A stretch of DNA of 64,000 nt, taken from Felis catus. Its lineage: Eukaryota. A model generated the notes under the pieces. It did not search any database, was not told where the DNA came from, and saw only the letters and a list, made by a program, of their open reading frames with translations. Location: NCBI RefSeq assembly GCF_018350175.1, contig NC_058368.1, positions 214,646,001 through 214,710,000 of the forward strand, given 5' to 3'. This document shows, piece after piece, positions 51,703 through 64,000 of the stretch. Made by a program: the position numbers and the translations under genes. The first letter of the stretch is position 1. Every line of letters starts with the position of its first letter.

Positions 51703-53289
51703 CATTTTCAAATTAGGATTTGTTCTTAAACCTGGTAGAAAAATAACAGCAACATCGGTTGTTTATAATTACTAGTTATTATTCTTCATTTAATTTGGAG
51801 ACTCCAAAATTTGCAAATAGTGGAAGTAGTGATTTAGTAGAGAATCTTTGAACAGTCATATTTCATTTTTTGGAATAAAAAACTAGAGAGGTGTACTTAC
51901 TCTGGAATCGTTCCCTTGAGTTTTACTTGGAGATTTAAAGCATATAGAAAATAACAAAGATAATATGGCATAGAGCCATTTGCTCACCACCCTGCCATTT
52001 TGTTTCCAATTTCACACAGTAATTATTAAAAGTAAACTTGGATTTTCTGTCCTTTTCTAGTCCCCATTAGCTCTTTCACTGTCAAGAAGTAGCTCTTATA
52101 TTTTTAATTAATACAACTTCATAAACTATATGTATTGCATGTGTTTCATAAAATACATGTAAATGTCATAATAATTTTTGCATTCTGCTTAGTTTTTACT
52201 CAATGTAATGTTCCTGAGATTTGCCAATACATTTTACAGCTGTAAATTAATCCATCATATAGATATGTTTAGATGTTTTGAATTTTCCTCACTTCCTTGT
52301 TTTCTTGAATTTCATTTTAGATTTACTCTTATACCACAGAGTTCATACAGTTTGTTCTATGATGGAGACATTTGGCTTTGGTCTTCATTTTGGATAAATG
52401 CTGATTTCAACATTTAGCCCTTAGATATTCAACTAAAATGTTTATATTGCTTATCTGTTGATACATATGTATATTGACTTAAATTAATATTCTTACACAT
52501 AAATATGTATATTGAAATAGATCTTAAAAGGGAGCTATCAATCCTACTCTCTGAGAATTTAAAACTAGACATTTGTGATGTTATTCATCCATTTGTTCAT
52601 TCATTTCTTTCCCCTTTGGTTTCTCTTTTGTATTCAATAACATTCATATCCCATGATGATCACCAATAAAATAGAACCTTGCATCAGGAGATATAATACA
52701 AATTGCAGACAATTCTCCATTCCTCTTTCTGCAGTTACCTAAAGATCATTTTGAATTTCGTGTGTTTAAGTGCTTTTCAAAAGAAATGTGCTTTTCTTTG
52801 ATTAAGTCTTGAAAACGCTGGTGATAGCCACTCACCGTAAAATAGTATTTAACTTCTCATGTCAGTTAAGTGTCATTTTCTTATGAGAATTTTTATTTAA
52901 CAGCATCATTCTATAGAGTAGCGTCTATAATGACTGTTCCATTTTCCCACATCCCTATCCGTAGGGACAAAGGAACAGAGAGAAGTAAGCAACAACATAC
53001 TTATTTCTATGACCCCAAAATTAGTCTGAATTGGAAATTGTATTCCAAATACTTGAGATGGAATTGAACCTTGGCTTTTTATAAATTCCAAATGCTGCTG
53101 CAGGTTATTTAAAAACACTTCACTTTTGACTCATCACCAACTGAACTCAGGAATTGGTTGAAGGATGACTTTTTATTTTCTATAGTCAAACAAAAATGTC
53201 AAGAATTTAGATATGTGCCCAATGAGAAATGTGCAAAATCTTTTCTGAGTAGTATAAAAATAACAAATAATAATAGCAGGAGTAAAAAA

Positions 53290-53530
53290 AAAAACAACAT
53301 TTGTTAATTAGTATTTCTACGGCAGGCACTGTAGTTATCTCCTGTATTCACTGTATTCATTGCAACAACTCTTCATGAGTTACATGATATTGCTATTTGA
53401 CCATCATCATTATACAGAAGAGGAAACTGCTTCTTTGTACCAGTTTATACAGCTACTTGAATGATAGATCTACGATATAGATTCATGTGACCTTAAAGCC
53501 TACTACCTATCTATCTTCTTCTACTGCTTC
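53290..53530 (-). mobile_element. MIR
   Basis: caggcactgt...cattatacagaagaggaaactg. Confidence 0.7.
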
Positions 53531-53787
53531 TCTTTAAATAGATAATATCCAGGAAACATGCCTGTTAATTTATTAAAAGCTAAAATGTTTTGAATCTAGT
53601 GGACACCATAAAGATAGGTTCAGTCCCCTAGTTTTATAATTGAGGATACTAAGTTATAGAGAATGTCAGCGATTTGAACAAAGTCCTGAACAAAGTTAAC
53701 AAAGGGTTTTTAAACTGCAGTGCATAACATATTGTGCAAAACGTATTTATTTTATGTAGTATTTTCTGCAATTCCATGTCTTCTTTA

Positions 53788-54305
53788 CAGATCTTCCTTG
53801 ACTTACGATAGGGTTATGTCCCAATAACCCATTGTAAGTTGAAAATATTGTAAGTTGAAAATGCATTTAATACAACTAACCTACCAAACATCATTGCTTA
53901 GCCTAGCTTCCACTAAACATGCTAAGAACACTTACTTTATAAAGCCGACAGCTGGGCAAAATAATCTAACACAAAGCCTACTTTATAATAAAGTGTTGAA
54001 TATCCCATATAGTTTATTGAATACTATACAGAAAGTGAAAAACAGAAAGATTGTATAGGGATGGAAAGGATGTAAGCAAACAAGTTGTTTACCCTCATAA
54101 TCACATGCCTGATGGGCAGCTGCTGCTTGCTGCCCTGGTCTCATCACCAGAAGGAACCACACCACATGCACTAGCCCAGGAAAAGATCCAAATTCAAAAT
54201 TCAAAGTGCATTTTCTACTGAATGCATATTGCTCTGGTATCATCATAAAGTAAAAAAAAAAAAAAAAAATCATAGGTTAAACCATCATAAATTGGAGACC
54301 ATCTC
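53788..54305 (+). mobile_element. MER47/Tigger5-family non-autonomous DNA transposon
   Basis: Terminal inverted repeats cagatcttccttgacttacgat... and ...atcataaattggagaccatctc; TA on both sides; body matches recalled MER47. Confidence 0.9.
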
Positions 54306-54777
54306 TATTTAATGGCATCTTATCAAAGTTGACATAGCTGCTCATTTTGGCTGCACATTGTTCCTCTTTCCGTTTTCTGGCCACAGTACTCCTTTCACTT
54401 TGAAGCTTGTCTCTTCTCTGTGAGTAGGGTTCTGGTTTATGTGGTTTAGTCATCAGTTTTCCAGCTCCTGCCAACACGTGGGTGGGCATGTGACACATAC
54501 CTAGCAGCCAAAGCTCCACTATTCTGGTCAGAGTAATGAGCCCAGAAATGGACACAAAACCCAACACAAGTAGATCCCAAAGGTTTGTATAAAGGCACCG
54601 GGAAATAAAGTTTCTCTCTTTATTCAGTAGCTCTCCAACTGAACTCATGCAAGTTTGAAGCTGTTTTCAGCCATTTCCTTCAATTCTTTAATAAGAAACA
54701 ATAAGATCAACACACAGATAAGACACAGATAACAGTGCAAAAAAATGCAGAGAAATGAAGCAGATAAAAGAAACACT

Positions 54778-54829
54778 TGTGCACGCATACGTGCGCTCGC
54801 GCACACGCGCGCACGCGCACACACACACA
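54778..54829. repeat. CpG-rich alternating purine/pyrimidine tract
   Basis: tgtgcacgcatacgtgcgctcgcgcacacgcgcgcacgcgcacacacaca. Confidence 0.9.
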
Positions 54830-55769
54830 GATTCAGTAAGCTCTAAAATAACTCCATCTCCTGGGTTTCCCATTTACTGGGGCTAATGGAATGCATTTTT
54901 GTTTAAACGAATTAGAATATTGACTTACAAATAAAATATTTGGATATGGACTTTGATAAAGACAGATTGCATATTTTTTCTTTTTTTTTTTCTTTTGGAA
55001 TACTGTGGTACCCTATATGTTTTTATTTATTTTTAATTCCAGTATATTTTGCTTATTTCTTAAACAATTTCTATCACTTTTCCTTTAAAGGCACTTTAGG
55101 AGGAAAGGGTAATGACAATGTTAAATTTATTGCATAGTATTGTTTACCTATTTACATCACTTATTTCATCTAGTAAGTTTTCTAAGATATTTTTCAAAAG
55201 TTAGTTTTCTTTAATGTATTTCATTTAATATTAAAATCAAGTGCCATGTGTGATTATAGAATTGAATTATTATCACATTGTTACATAGGAAACAATAGTT
55301 AAGTATAATAAATACAGTAATGAAATTTATTCAAGTAATATGAGATATGTAAATTTTATTTTTTAAGCTGTCACATATTTTTAGGAATATGTATTTGCCA
55401 ACCCAAGTATACTTTGCTTTTTAAAAACAGAAGAGACAATTTCTGAACGTGTATTAAAGATTCACTGAAGTTTTATGTAGGTTTAATACTTAATACCCTT
55501 TTTAACACTATCTTCAAAATTAAACAAATGATAGAACTCTTTGTAAAATGGATCATTATACAAATACAAGTAGGTCAAAATTTATATCAAGAAATATACG
55601 TGTACCAGAAAAATTTAACATAATAAATATGTAAGGTTTAGATGGTTGTTTCATATTCTGATATTGCTAAAGGATGATGGCATTTTCTGAACATTACTTT
55701 CCATTATTGCTGGTTCATATGTCAATACTTGGGATCAAAGAGCATTAAATTAAGAGTGTTAATGGGTAA

Positions 55770-55980
55770 TATAATCATTTATATTTATGGAGAATTTACT
55801 GTGTTAAGCATTCTACATGCTTTATCTTATTTATTGTTCAAAATCCCTGTAGTATAATATGGTTTGTTTCTCTGCCTTACAGTTAGAAGATGAGTTTACA
55901 GAGGATATATAACTTGACAGTGGTGGAGTCTGGTTTGCACTGAGGTCTAATGACCATGCTCTTAACTCCTAAACAGTATT
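55770..55980 (-). mobile_element. MIR
   Basis: ctgtgttaagcattctacatgctttatcttattt...atgctcttaac. Confidence 0.65.
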
Positions 55981-56220
55981 GTAGCCCAAACATAATCTTT
56001 GCCTTTAGACCATGATAGATCCACGTTTTAATCACAACTTCTTGTCAGATTTAGAATAGAAAGAAGCAGCTTTTTCGATTCAAGCACTTTACCTAATTAA
56101 AAAAAAATTATTCTCTAATATTTGTATAGGTGCAAATGTACGTGATTGTGTAATGGTGAATACATATCCTTAATATACATGTTTAACATTTAAAAATGCA
56201 TATCAAAGCGTTCATCTCTT

Positions 56221-56395
56221 GTATAAGAAATAAGAATTGTGACACTGGCCATTATAAGGTATTAAAAAATTCATGGCAACTTTTGAAAAAGGAGGAATGT
56301 TATTAACCTTGGTGTCTTGACCAAATTACAATTCGGGTAATTACATTTGTCTTCCCTAATCTCCTTTTCAACTTTCAATTGGGTAGTGTATTCTT
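56221..56395 (+). mobile_element. AmnSINE1-like fragment (Deu domain)
   Basis: catggcaacttt...ttaaccttggtgtcttgaccaaattacaattcgggtaattacatt...tttcaattggg...gtattctt is colinear with the recalled AmnSINE1 central domain. Confidence 0.75.
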
Positions 56396-56679
56396 AATGG
56401 ATTTCATTACCAAGCTTCCCTTAGGATTTAAAATAGGACTTATCTTCCAAGACTGGGTTCACTCCAAATTTATGTTCTCTAACTTCAATTGAGCTGTCAC
56501 TGAAACTTCAGTGTGCGTGCATATGTCTTCAATTCATTCCTCTTTTTTTTTCCCGTTACTTGTTTTTTGTTTTTTACTTTTTCATTTGGCTTTTCCAAAC
56601 CATTTCCATTCTCTTCAAGACCCAAACACACATTTCAGATCAGCAATTATTTTTGAATGCCAAGTATCCAACTACTTTC

Positions 56680-57440
56680 CTATTTGCTAAAATACTGAGA
56701 TCAATTAAGTATTGTTCTACTTTCCATGAACTTCCACAGCAGAAAACATTGCTCTTTTAACCCTTTGGAGATGAATTTACTGGCTACTTCACTGAAGAAG
56801 CTTAGTCATCCAGGGAGTATTTCTGTAGCCTGTCTCTTCCTTGTGAAAATATCTTTTTGTGACCACATCCTTGACCTATGAAAACTCCACCATATCATTC
56901 TGCCATTTCTTTTTCCCTCATCTCTTGTTGTTTTGAAGAAAGATATGTGCCTTCTTTCCTAAATGGCTCCCTTTACCTATGTTCTTGATACCTCCTTTTG
57001 CCTTCTCTCACTCTTAATCACTTTCACTAACCATATTCCAAAAACATGTAAAACATCTTTTTTCTTATTAAGGGAAAAAAGCCCATTTCATGTTGGTTTC
57101 TCCAACCCTCAGGCAACTACACACTCCTCCCCCATTCTTTTATCACTATGTCCTTGGTTCCCATTTTTTCATTAATTCCCCACAATGTGATTTCCTCTGC
57201 TGCCATTCTGTTAAAACTGTTCTTTGAAGAAACCAGCAAATTTCAAATTGCAAAATCAATACCTTTTTCTTAGCACTCAAAATTTGTATTTCTCTGTTGG
57301 CTTTAACATTGTTGACTGCCCCTTATTTATAAACTCTGTGTACTTTGCACTTCCCATACATTTTTCTCGTCTGATTTTCTCCTCCTGCCTTTGTGAATTC
57401 TTTGCTCTCTTGCTTGTTCTCTTCATTTATCTAATGTTTT
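56680..57440 (+). mobile_element. L2 ORF2 fragment
   Basis: ctacttcactgaaga; aaaactgttct; ctctgttggctttaacattgttgac; ctgattttctcctcctgcc. Confidence 0.6.
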
Positions 57441-57519
57441 GCTGTTGGCCTTCTTTTCTTTCTGTAATTTCTTTATTAGTGATCAATTTAACTAGTTCAG
57501 CTGAGGGAGAAAGGAAAAA

Positions 57520-57670
57520 AAGGTAACAACATAGCATTTGTATACTTACTATATACCAGCCACTGGACTGAATACATAAATAATTTAATTTATTCACTAA
57601 AACAAAACCAGGGATATTGTTTATCAGCATTTTATAGGTAAAAGGATCAAAGTTGAATATGACCCAAACA
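57520..57670 (-). mobile_element. MIR
   Basis: acatagcatttgtatacttactatataccagccactg...cattttataggtaa. Confidence 0.6.
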
Positions 57671-58443
57671 TATTTTAAAAAGTACCTCTTATATACCTAG
57701 CTTTGTATTTTTCTTGCTGAATTCAATTTATTCAGTGATCTCAAACTTAGTATTACTATCTCTAGTGGATAGTTGCAGTATTTCAGACAAAAGACGATGA
57801 GTAAGCTATCCATTGTTTCATAGTCAAATTTTATAGTAGGTTCATGACACAAATTCATGTATATCCAAATCTAAAGTTTATGTTCAGTCCTTTACAGCAT
57901 TTTGCTTTGAAATGATTATTTTGTCATATACTTTCACTTATGAAATGTCTTTGGAATAGCCATTTCACTTTTCTGAATAAGCATTAGTCACATTTACATG
58001 GGCATCCTACTATCATTATATATTCCACACATGTAAATAGCTTAATCCTATTTTTTCTAAAAACACACTTTTCTATTTGATATCACTGACTTTCTTTTTC
58101 TTTCAAGGAGGGCATGCTTTTTATATCAACATTTGTGTTTCCATTTGCAGTTCTTACCCCTGTAACTTCATTTAGGAACTCATGTGACCACATATCAGTG
58201 ACGCACAGGCCCAGAAAAGGAGTTGGGGGAAGAGTGAGCTAAGAATTATGGAATATTTACTTAATGGTTTAAAGATACACATCTGCATAATATATTGTGT
58301 CAAGTAGATGGGTGTGTCAAATTGATGTCCAATGATGCATACTAGTGTCTTACACATTAATAGATTGTCAGGGAATTTATTGCAGCCTGAATGGCTTAAA
58401 TTTTCATTTCTAAGAGTCTCCATACTTTGCACAAAGAAACAGG

Positions 58444-58700
58444 GTTCTATGGACTGAATCATTTTCTCAGAATTCTTATGTTTAAGTCCTAACTCCCCAT
58501 ATGTCTATATCTGGACATAGTCTTTAAATGATAATTAAGGTTAAATGAGGCCATAAGGTCCTAACCTGACAGGACCATAGTCTTATAAGAACAGGAAGAT
58601 TTCTATCCTCATTCCCCTTCCCCCACCACATGAGGAAATAGCAGATGGCCATCTTCAAGCCAGGAAGAGAGCATTGATCAGGACCTGACCAGGCTGGCAC
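58444..58700 (+). mobile_element. MaLR LTR (MLT1A/B-like), 3'-truncated at the Tigger2a junction
   Basis: ctatggactgaat...aattaaggttaaatgaggccataagg...ggccatcttcaagccaggaagaga. Confidence 0.8.
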
Positions 58701-58702
58701 AT

Positions 58703-59209
58703 ACAGGCAGTACTGTGAATATATTTCATCTTCCTTATGATATCCTTAATAATATATTCTTTTTTTTTTGTAATTTTTTTTTCTTAATGTCTTTATTTAT
58801 TTTTGACACAGAGAGAGACAGAGCATGAGCAGGGGAGGGGCAGAGAGAGAGGGAGACACAGAATCTGAAGCAGGCTCCAGGCTCCGAGGTGTCAGCACAG
58901 AGCCTCATGCGGGACTCGATCTCACAGACTGTGAGAACGTGACCTGAGCCGAAGTCAGACGCTTAACCGACTGAGCCACCCAGGCGCCCCAATAATATAT
59001 TCTTTTATTTAGCTTACTTTATTGTAAGAATACAGTGTATAATACATATAACATAAAAAAATATGTTAATCAGCTGTCTCTGTTATTGATAAGGCTTCCA
59101 ATCAATGGTAGGTTATTTATAGTTAAGTTTTGGGGGAGTCAAAGTTTTGACCTTGCAGGGGATACTGCACCTAGCCACCCCCCCGCCAGCATTGTCCAAG
59201 GGTCAGCTG
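58703..59209 (+). mobile_element. Tigger2a-like DNA transposon (3' part)
   Basis: agcttactttattgtaagaatacagt...tagttaagtttggggagtcaaag...caagggtcagctg terminal repeat. Confidence 0.9.
58764..58990 (-). mobile_element. SINEC_Fc-like SINE nested in Tigger2a
   Basis: Perfect TSD aataatatattctttt. Confidence 0.97.
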
Positions 59210-59764
59210 TGTATCAAAACGCTCTGAATGAATTTTTAAAAGATACACGTATATATAGTGATCCTTTTATAGATTGAGATAAGCATTTTCATTTTATAGT
59301 TATTTACAGCTTTTTCTTGAAGTATATTTGAACCCACATCATTTCCTTTGATGCTATATACAAATTTTCTTCAAGTTCTATTTGTGATTATCTAGACTTG
59401 TGGCAATGAGTAAAACAGGGAAGCAGGTCTCTGTGAGTGAGAAATTTCCCACATAAAACTGTTATGCTTATCTCTCCTCAGAAAATAGGAATGAAATCAT
59501 ATTGAAGATATTTGTGTTCATTTTGAATTTGTTACAGTTTGAAAATTTTAGATGAGTCAGGAAGGAATAAATGTTTTGATTTTGAGGTAGTATTTAATTT
59601 CGTATCACTAATTATTTTCTAAAAATTGATCCACTAAGTAAAACAAAACATTTCAATTTTTCTTTCTTTCTTTCGAAGGGGGTCCATTTATCATCTACTA
59701 TTACTCATAGGTTTCTAGTAAAATCGTGAATCGTTATTTATTTTGGTAATTGTCTGCCAGCCTT

Positions 59765-59870
59765 TCTTGAGTACAAGCTCCACCAGGGAAAGTGTCTTGG
59801 TATGTTCTGTTCCCCCATGGAACAACTCATGGTCAGTGTCAACATGTACTGAATGAACAAATAAATGATT
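59765..59870 (+). mobile_element. L2 3' terminus
   Basis: aagctccaccaggga...tgaatgaacaaataaatga. Confidence 0.65.
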
Positions 59871-60654
59871 AGCTCCATTCTCCCTTGCCAAGGTCTAGGG
59901 AGAAATAAGCCCTGGCCAATGTGCTTGGAGAGGTAGAGAAATGAGAACGTCTCATTCTGAAGATCAAGAACTCATGAGAGGATAGAAGAGGAGAAATCGA
60001 AACTTGAGAAGACATGTCACAGCCAGTGACTTCTGTGATACCTGCTTCTATTACACTGATTCTGTTATTATGAAAGTCCTTAGGAGTAAGCAGAAGATTA
60101 AAATACTGCAGGATGGAGTAAATTATGACCCCAAAAGGGTTAGCAGTCCTTTATTCAAAATCATCAACATCCATCCTTAAGATTCTTAGAACAGAAAGGG
60201 AAAGGGGAATGTTTACCTGTCGCTTTGCCTCTTTTTATTGATTGCTGTATCAGCAGCAACACCCCCCCCCCCCCCCCCCCCGCCTTATAGGGCTGTATCC
60301 TTTTTTAAAAGAGCTCCCTTGAGTTGAATGGTAAGTGAAATATAAGGAGGCAGAAGCTGGTCCTTACTTTCTGATTCTATTCCTAAAGCCTTTCTGCACT
60401 TTGTCCTTACAAAACATCAGCAGAGGGGACACATATTATTTCCCTGAAACTGAGCTGAGCTATGTTAAGGGATGTACACAAGTTTAGATGGCTTGGAAAT
60501 TGGTGGTGGGTCCACAAATCCCGAATCCTGACTTTTTAACCATCTCTCCTGTATTCTTTTTTCAGATCTGTCTCATAACTTACTAATTCTTTGAGTTGGG
60601 TTCTATCCTTTCATTCACCCTGTATTCTTTTATTTATAAAAATAGTTGAACAGA

Positions 60655-60795
60655 GGATTTAATCATAGAATTTGGGAATCAGTGTTCCTGGGTTCAAATT
60701 TGGGTCTTCCATATGAAATATAGACATTGAGATAATTATTCAAGATCTCTGTCACTCTCTTTCTACATCTGTAAAATATGGATAATAATAGACCA
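60655..60795 (+). mobile_element. MIR
   Basis: cctgggttcaaat...catctgtaaaatatggataataata. Confidence 0.75.
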
Positions 60796-60819
60796 GCAGA
60801 CATTATTATTGTTTCAAGT

Positions 60820-61780
60820 CAGTTGTTTTAAATTTTATTCATATCTTTATCATTCTCTGTGTTCATTATTATCTCTTGAATATCTACTCTTTCTTCTCAG
60901 ATCACTTTACTTCTGTCTGAAGCATATACTGTAAAATTTATTTTGTTATGAATGTGCTGATGGCAACATTAGTCTTTATTTGCCTGTTCTTGTTCTTGAA
61001 ATAAATTTTCACTGCTTACAGTATATTGAATTGAGAGATATTTTCTTTTAGCACATTGAAGATATGATGCCACTGTCTTCTGGTTTTCACTGTCACATAG
61101 GTGAAGACAGCTGTCAGTTCAGTCATTGTACCATTAGAGCAAAACAGCTTCATTCTGCCTGCTCTTATGATCTCTTTTTTTTTGCATATTCTGTTTAACT
61201 ATATGTATATGGGGATAGATATTTTTTTGTTTATCTTGCTTGAGCTTTGTTGGGTTTCTTGAATTAGTGGTTTTCTGATTTCATCAGTTCTGGAATTTTT
61301 TTTAACATTATATTTTCAAATATCTTCTCTGTCATAGTCTCTTCTCTACTTCTAGAACTAACATTACATACTTTTTAAACCTTTTTACTTTGTTCTTCAT
61401 TTATCAACATCTTTCTTATTTTATCTTTTTAATCTTTATTTTTTGTTGTACTCTTTCCTTATAGCATAATCTAGTTCAATAATTCCATACTTAATCTGTG
61501 TAAAATTTTCCCACTGCTATCTCATTTCAATTATTCAGATTTTAATTTCTAAAAGTTTTATTGAGATGTTTTTCAAATATCTTTGATTATTCTTTGTTAT
61601 TTCTTGCTTGCTGTATATATTTCAAGCTTAGATTTTATGTCACTAAGCAAAATCACTAGTTATTTTAAAATCTCTGTGTGTAATCTAATTATCTAAAATT
61701 TTCTGGATAGGTTTCTTTTATCAGTTGCTGGCTTTTGTTCATGGTGCCTTATTTCCTTCTAAGTTAATTTTTTCTACTCT
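60820..61780 (-). mobile_element. Old L1 (L1ME-like) ORF1 region
   Basis: ttttctttagcacattgaagatatgatgccactgtcttctgg; tttcatcagttctggaa. Confidence 0.75.
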
Positions 61781-62184
61781 TCTTTCCAAGACACAGGGAG
61801 AGAGAAACATAGAGACAGGGAAAAAGATTGCAGTGTAATGGAGAGTTTTCCAGAGAGGATTTGGTTTTGGTTTTTAGGACTAGAGTGTCAATTGATGCAG
61901 CAGATCTTCATGGGGTCACATGTGGTTTCAAATCCTTGGCAATATTCCTTACTCATACTCTCCTGCTTTGAGTCAACCTGGCTATTTTTTACATAATCCT
62001 TTGCAAGGATAGGAAGCAGATTTGATATGATCCACCTTGAGAGGATGGATCTCAGATTATTGGATTATTGAAAGGATTATCTCCCAATGTATTATTTGGG
62101 AATGAATCAAGACCATGAAATCGAAAGCCCATATTCATCAGGTGTGCAAATACCTAAGGACAAAAACAAGTAGCCTTGCCCCGC

Positions 62185-62471
62185 TGACCCTCAAACTTAA
62201 CGATAAAGAGCCTACTATTGACTGGAAGCCTTACCGATAACATAAACAGTTGATTAATGGTTGATTAACAGTTGATTATACATATATATATACATATATA
62301 TGTGTATATATATATAATACTGTATTCTTACAATCAGTTAAATAAAAGAATATGTTATTAAGAAAATCGTAAGGAAGGTAAAATACATTTACAGTATTGT
62401 ACTATATTTATCAAAAACAATCTGCATATAAGTAGACCCACAAAGTTCAAACCCATGTTGTTCAAGGGACA

Positions 62472-62475
<4 letters not shown>
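62185..62475 (-). mobile_element. Tigger2a_Car-like DNA transposon
   Basis: gcctactattgactggaagccttaccgataacataaacag...gttcaaacccatgttgttcaaggg. Confidence 0.85.

Positions 62476-62514
<39 letters not shown>
62475..62514. repeat. (AC)n microsatellite
   Basis: Directly visible. Confidence 0.95.
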
Positions 62515-62516
<2 letters not shown>

Positions 62517-62821
62517 ACACATACATGTTTGGAAGATGTATTATTGTCTTGTGACTGCTGTAAAAAAATCACACAAACTGGGTCAATAAAACAAAATTTA
62601 TTCTTTCACCATTCTGGAGGCCATATATCTAAAATCAAGATGTTAGAGGGACGGTACTCCTTCTAGAGGCGCTAGGGAAGAATCCTTCCTTGCCTCTTCC
62701 AGGTTCTCCTGGCTGTCAGTATTTCTTGACTTCCTTGGTTTGTGACCACATCACTCCAATCTCTGCCGGTTTTCACATTGCCTTTCTACGGGATGTGTCT
62801 TTCCCTTTTCTATGTGTTTCT

Positions 62822-63045
62822 TTTTTTTTAATTTATTTTTATTTTTTGAGAGAGAATGTGAATGTGCCATCAAGCAGAGGAGGGGCAGAGGGAGAGGGGG
62901 ACAGGGGGAGAGGGAGGATAGAATCCCAGTGAGGCTTCAGGCTCAGGATGGAGCCTGGTGCTGGGCTGATCTCAGGACCATGAGATCATGACCTGAGTAG
63001 AAATTAAGAGTTGGACACTTAACCGACTGAACCACCCAGATGCCC
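62822..63045 (-). mobile_element. Older felid SINE in MLT1C
   Basis: Diverged TSD tttctatgtgtttct / tgtctacgtgtatct. Confidence 0.9.
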
Positions 63046-63092
63046 CCTGTCTACGTGTATCTTATAAAGACACTTGTCATTGTATTTAGGGC

Positions 63093-63401
63093 TGTTACTG
63101 ATGGGAGAGTCTGTGTTGTGTGAATGGAAGTCCCGGTTCTTGGATTCCTCACATAAGATTTATGTGAGGATCTGTGCTCCAATAAAGACAGCCAGAAAGA
63201 AGATAGCAAGCACAAAACAGTTTATTAAGACATTACACTCTCTGGGTTCCTGGGTGGTGCAGTCGGTTGGGCATCTGACTTCAGTTCAGGTCAGGATCTC
63301 ATGGTTCGTGAGTTAGAGCCCCGTGTCGGGCTCTGTGCTGACAGGTCAGAGCCTGGAGTCTGCTTCGGATTCTGTGTCTACCTCTCTCTATGCCCCTCCC
63401 C

Positions 63402-63434
<33 letters not shown>

Positions 63435-63979
63435 TCTCTCTCTCTCTCTCTCAAAAGTAAAGATTAAAAAAAAAAGAAATCTAAAGACATTACACTCTCA
63501 AGGTGGGAGAGTGGGCAGGCCCAGAGATGGCCACCGCCCAAGCCTACAGGGCTCTTTTCCTTTTATGTGAGTAGGGTCTTAGGTCATGAACCTGGACAAG
63601 CACTGAGTGGTCCCTGATGGAGACTGCTTCTGATCATTTGGGGACTCCTCCCACTGGTCTGGAAGGGTTTTTTGACTCTACAAGGTTTGTACCTGAACTA
63701 TCATGGCAACCTTCCTCCCTGGGGGCGAGGGGCTGAAACTGCAATGCAAATACATTATAATGAACCTAAGGGTCACGCTGGGGCAGAAGTTGAAGAGGAG
63801 AGTGCATGTTTCACACCTGGGGCTCTTAGTCTGTCAGCCTAGGGTGTTAGAAGTCACAAAGCCAAGATGTTGAAAGCCACAAAGTCAGGATGTTGTACCC
63901 TCAGGCTTCTAAGGTGTAACCTATTTATCAATGCCTTTGTCTCCAGCTCAAGTCTAGCTAACTGCCTATTCTATCATCA
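63093..63979 (-). mobile_element. Complete ERV solo LTR (MER54/MER74-related or carnivore-specific)
   Basis: Minus-strand start tgatagaataggcagttagctagac; TATA-like site ~63561; AATAAA 63221-63226; ends taaca; host MLT1C resumes on both sides. Confidence 0.7.
63244..63483 (+). mobile_element. SINEC_Fc-like SINE nested in the LTR
   Basis: Perfect 16-bp TSD aagacattacactctc. Confidence 0.97.
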
Positions 63980-64000
63980 GGCCTACCCAGATAATCCTGT

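Larger units (their letters stand above)
62537..64000 (-). mobile_element. MLT1C-like MaLR LTR split by a SINE and an ERV LTR; runs off the window
   Basis: gggaagaatccttccttgcctcttcc...catcactccaatctctgcc...cttataaagacacttgtcattg; resumes with ggcctacccagataatcc at ~63980. Confidence 0.85.

Noticed and set aside
1..64000. Supplied ORFs as protein-coding genes
   Set aside because: Short; many start at non-ATG codons; most are translations of SINEs (recurrent WVAQSV...SLEPASDSVSPSL peptides), L1s, LTRs or microsatellites; no recognisable gene structure

Overview
Non-coding, repeat-rich mammalian DNA from a felid, judged by about 28 tRNA-derived carnivore SINEs, several of them young, CpG-rich SINEC_Fc-type copies. 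No protein-coding gene can be supported: almost all supplied ORFs are translations of SINEs, L1s, LTRs or microsatellites. The window is a layered record of transposable elements: L2, MIR, old L1 (L1MC/L1ME), MaLR/ERVL LTRs (including a full LTR-internal-LTR MLT1H-type element with its target-site duplication, TSD), Tigger/MER DNA transposons, and a rare AmnSINE1-like fragment. The most notable signal is a heavily decayed minus-strand Ty3/Gypsy-type pol relic at ~48.5-50.8 kb, with RT fingers/palm/thumb and RNase H motifs in order. Its RT active-site region is split by a recent 254-bp composite insertion: a 118-bp, 117/118-identical copy of L2 sequence from 2.7 kb away, plus a new AT-rich tract. 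A second, older ~150-bp local duplication and several candidate conserved non-coding elements and splice signals are also reported. All family names come from recalled consensus sequences, not database searches.
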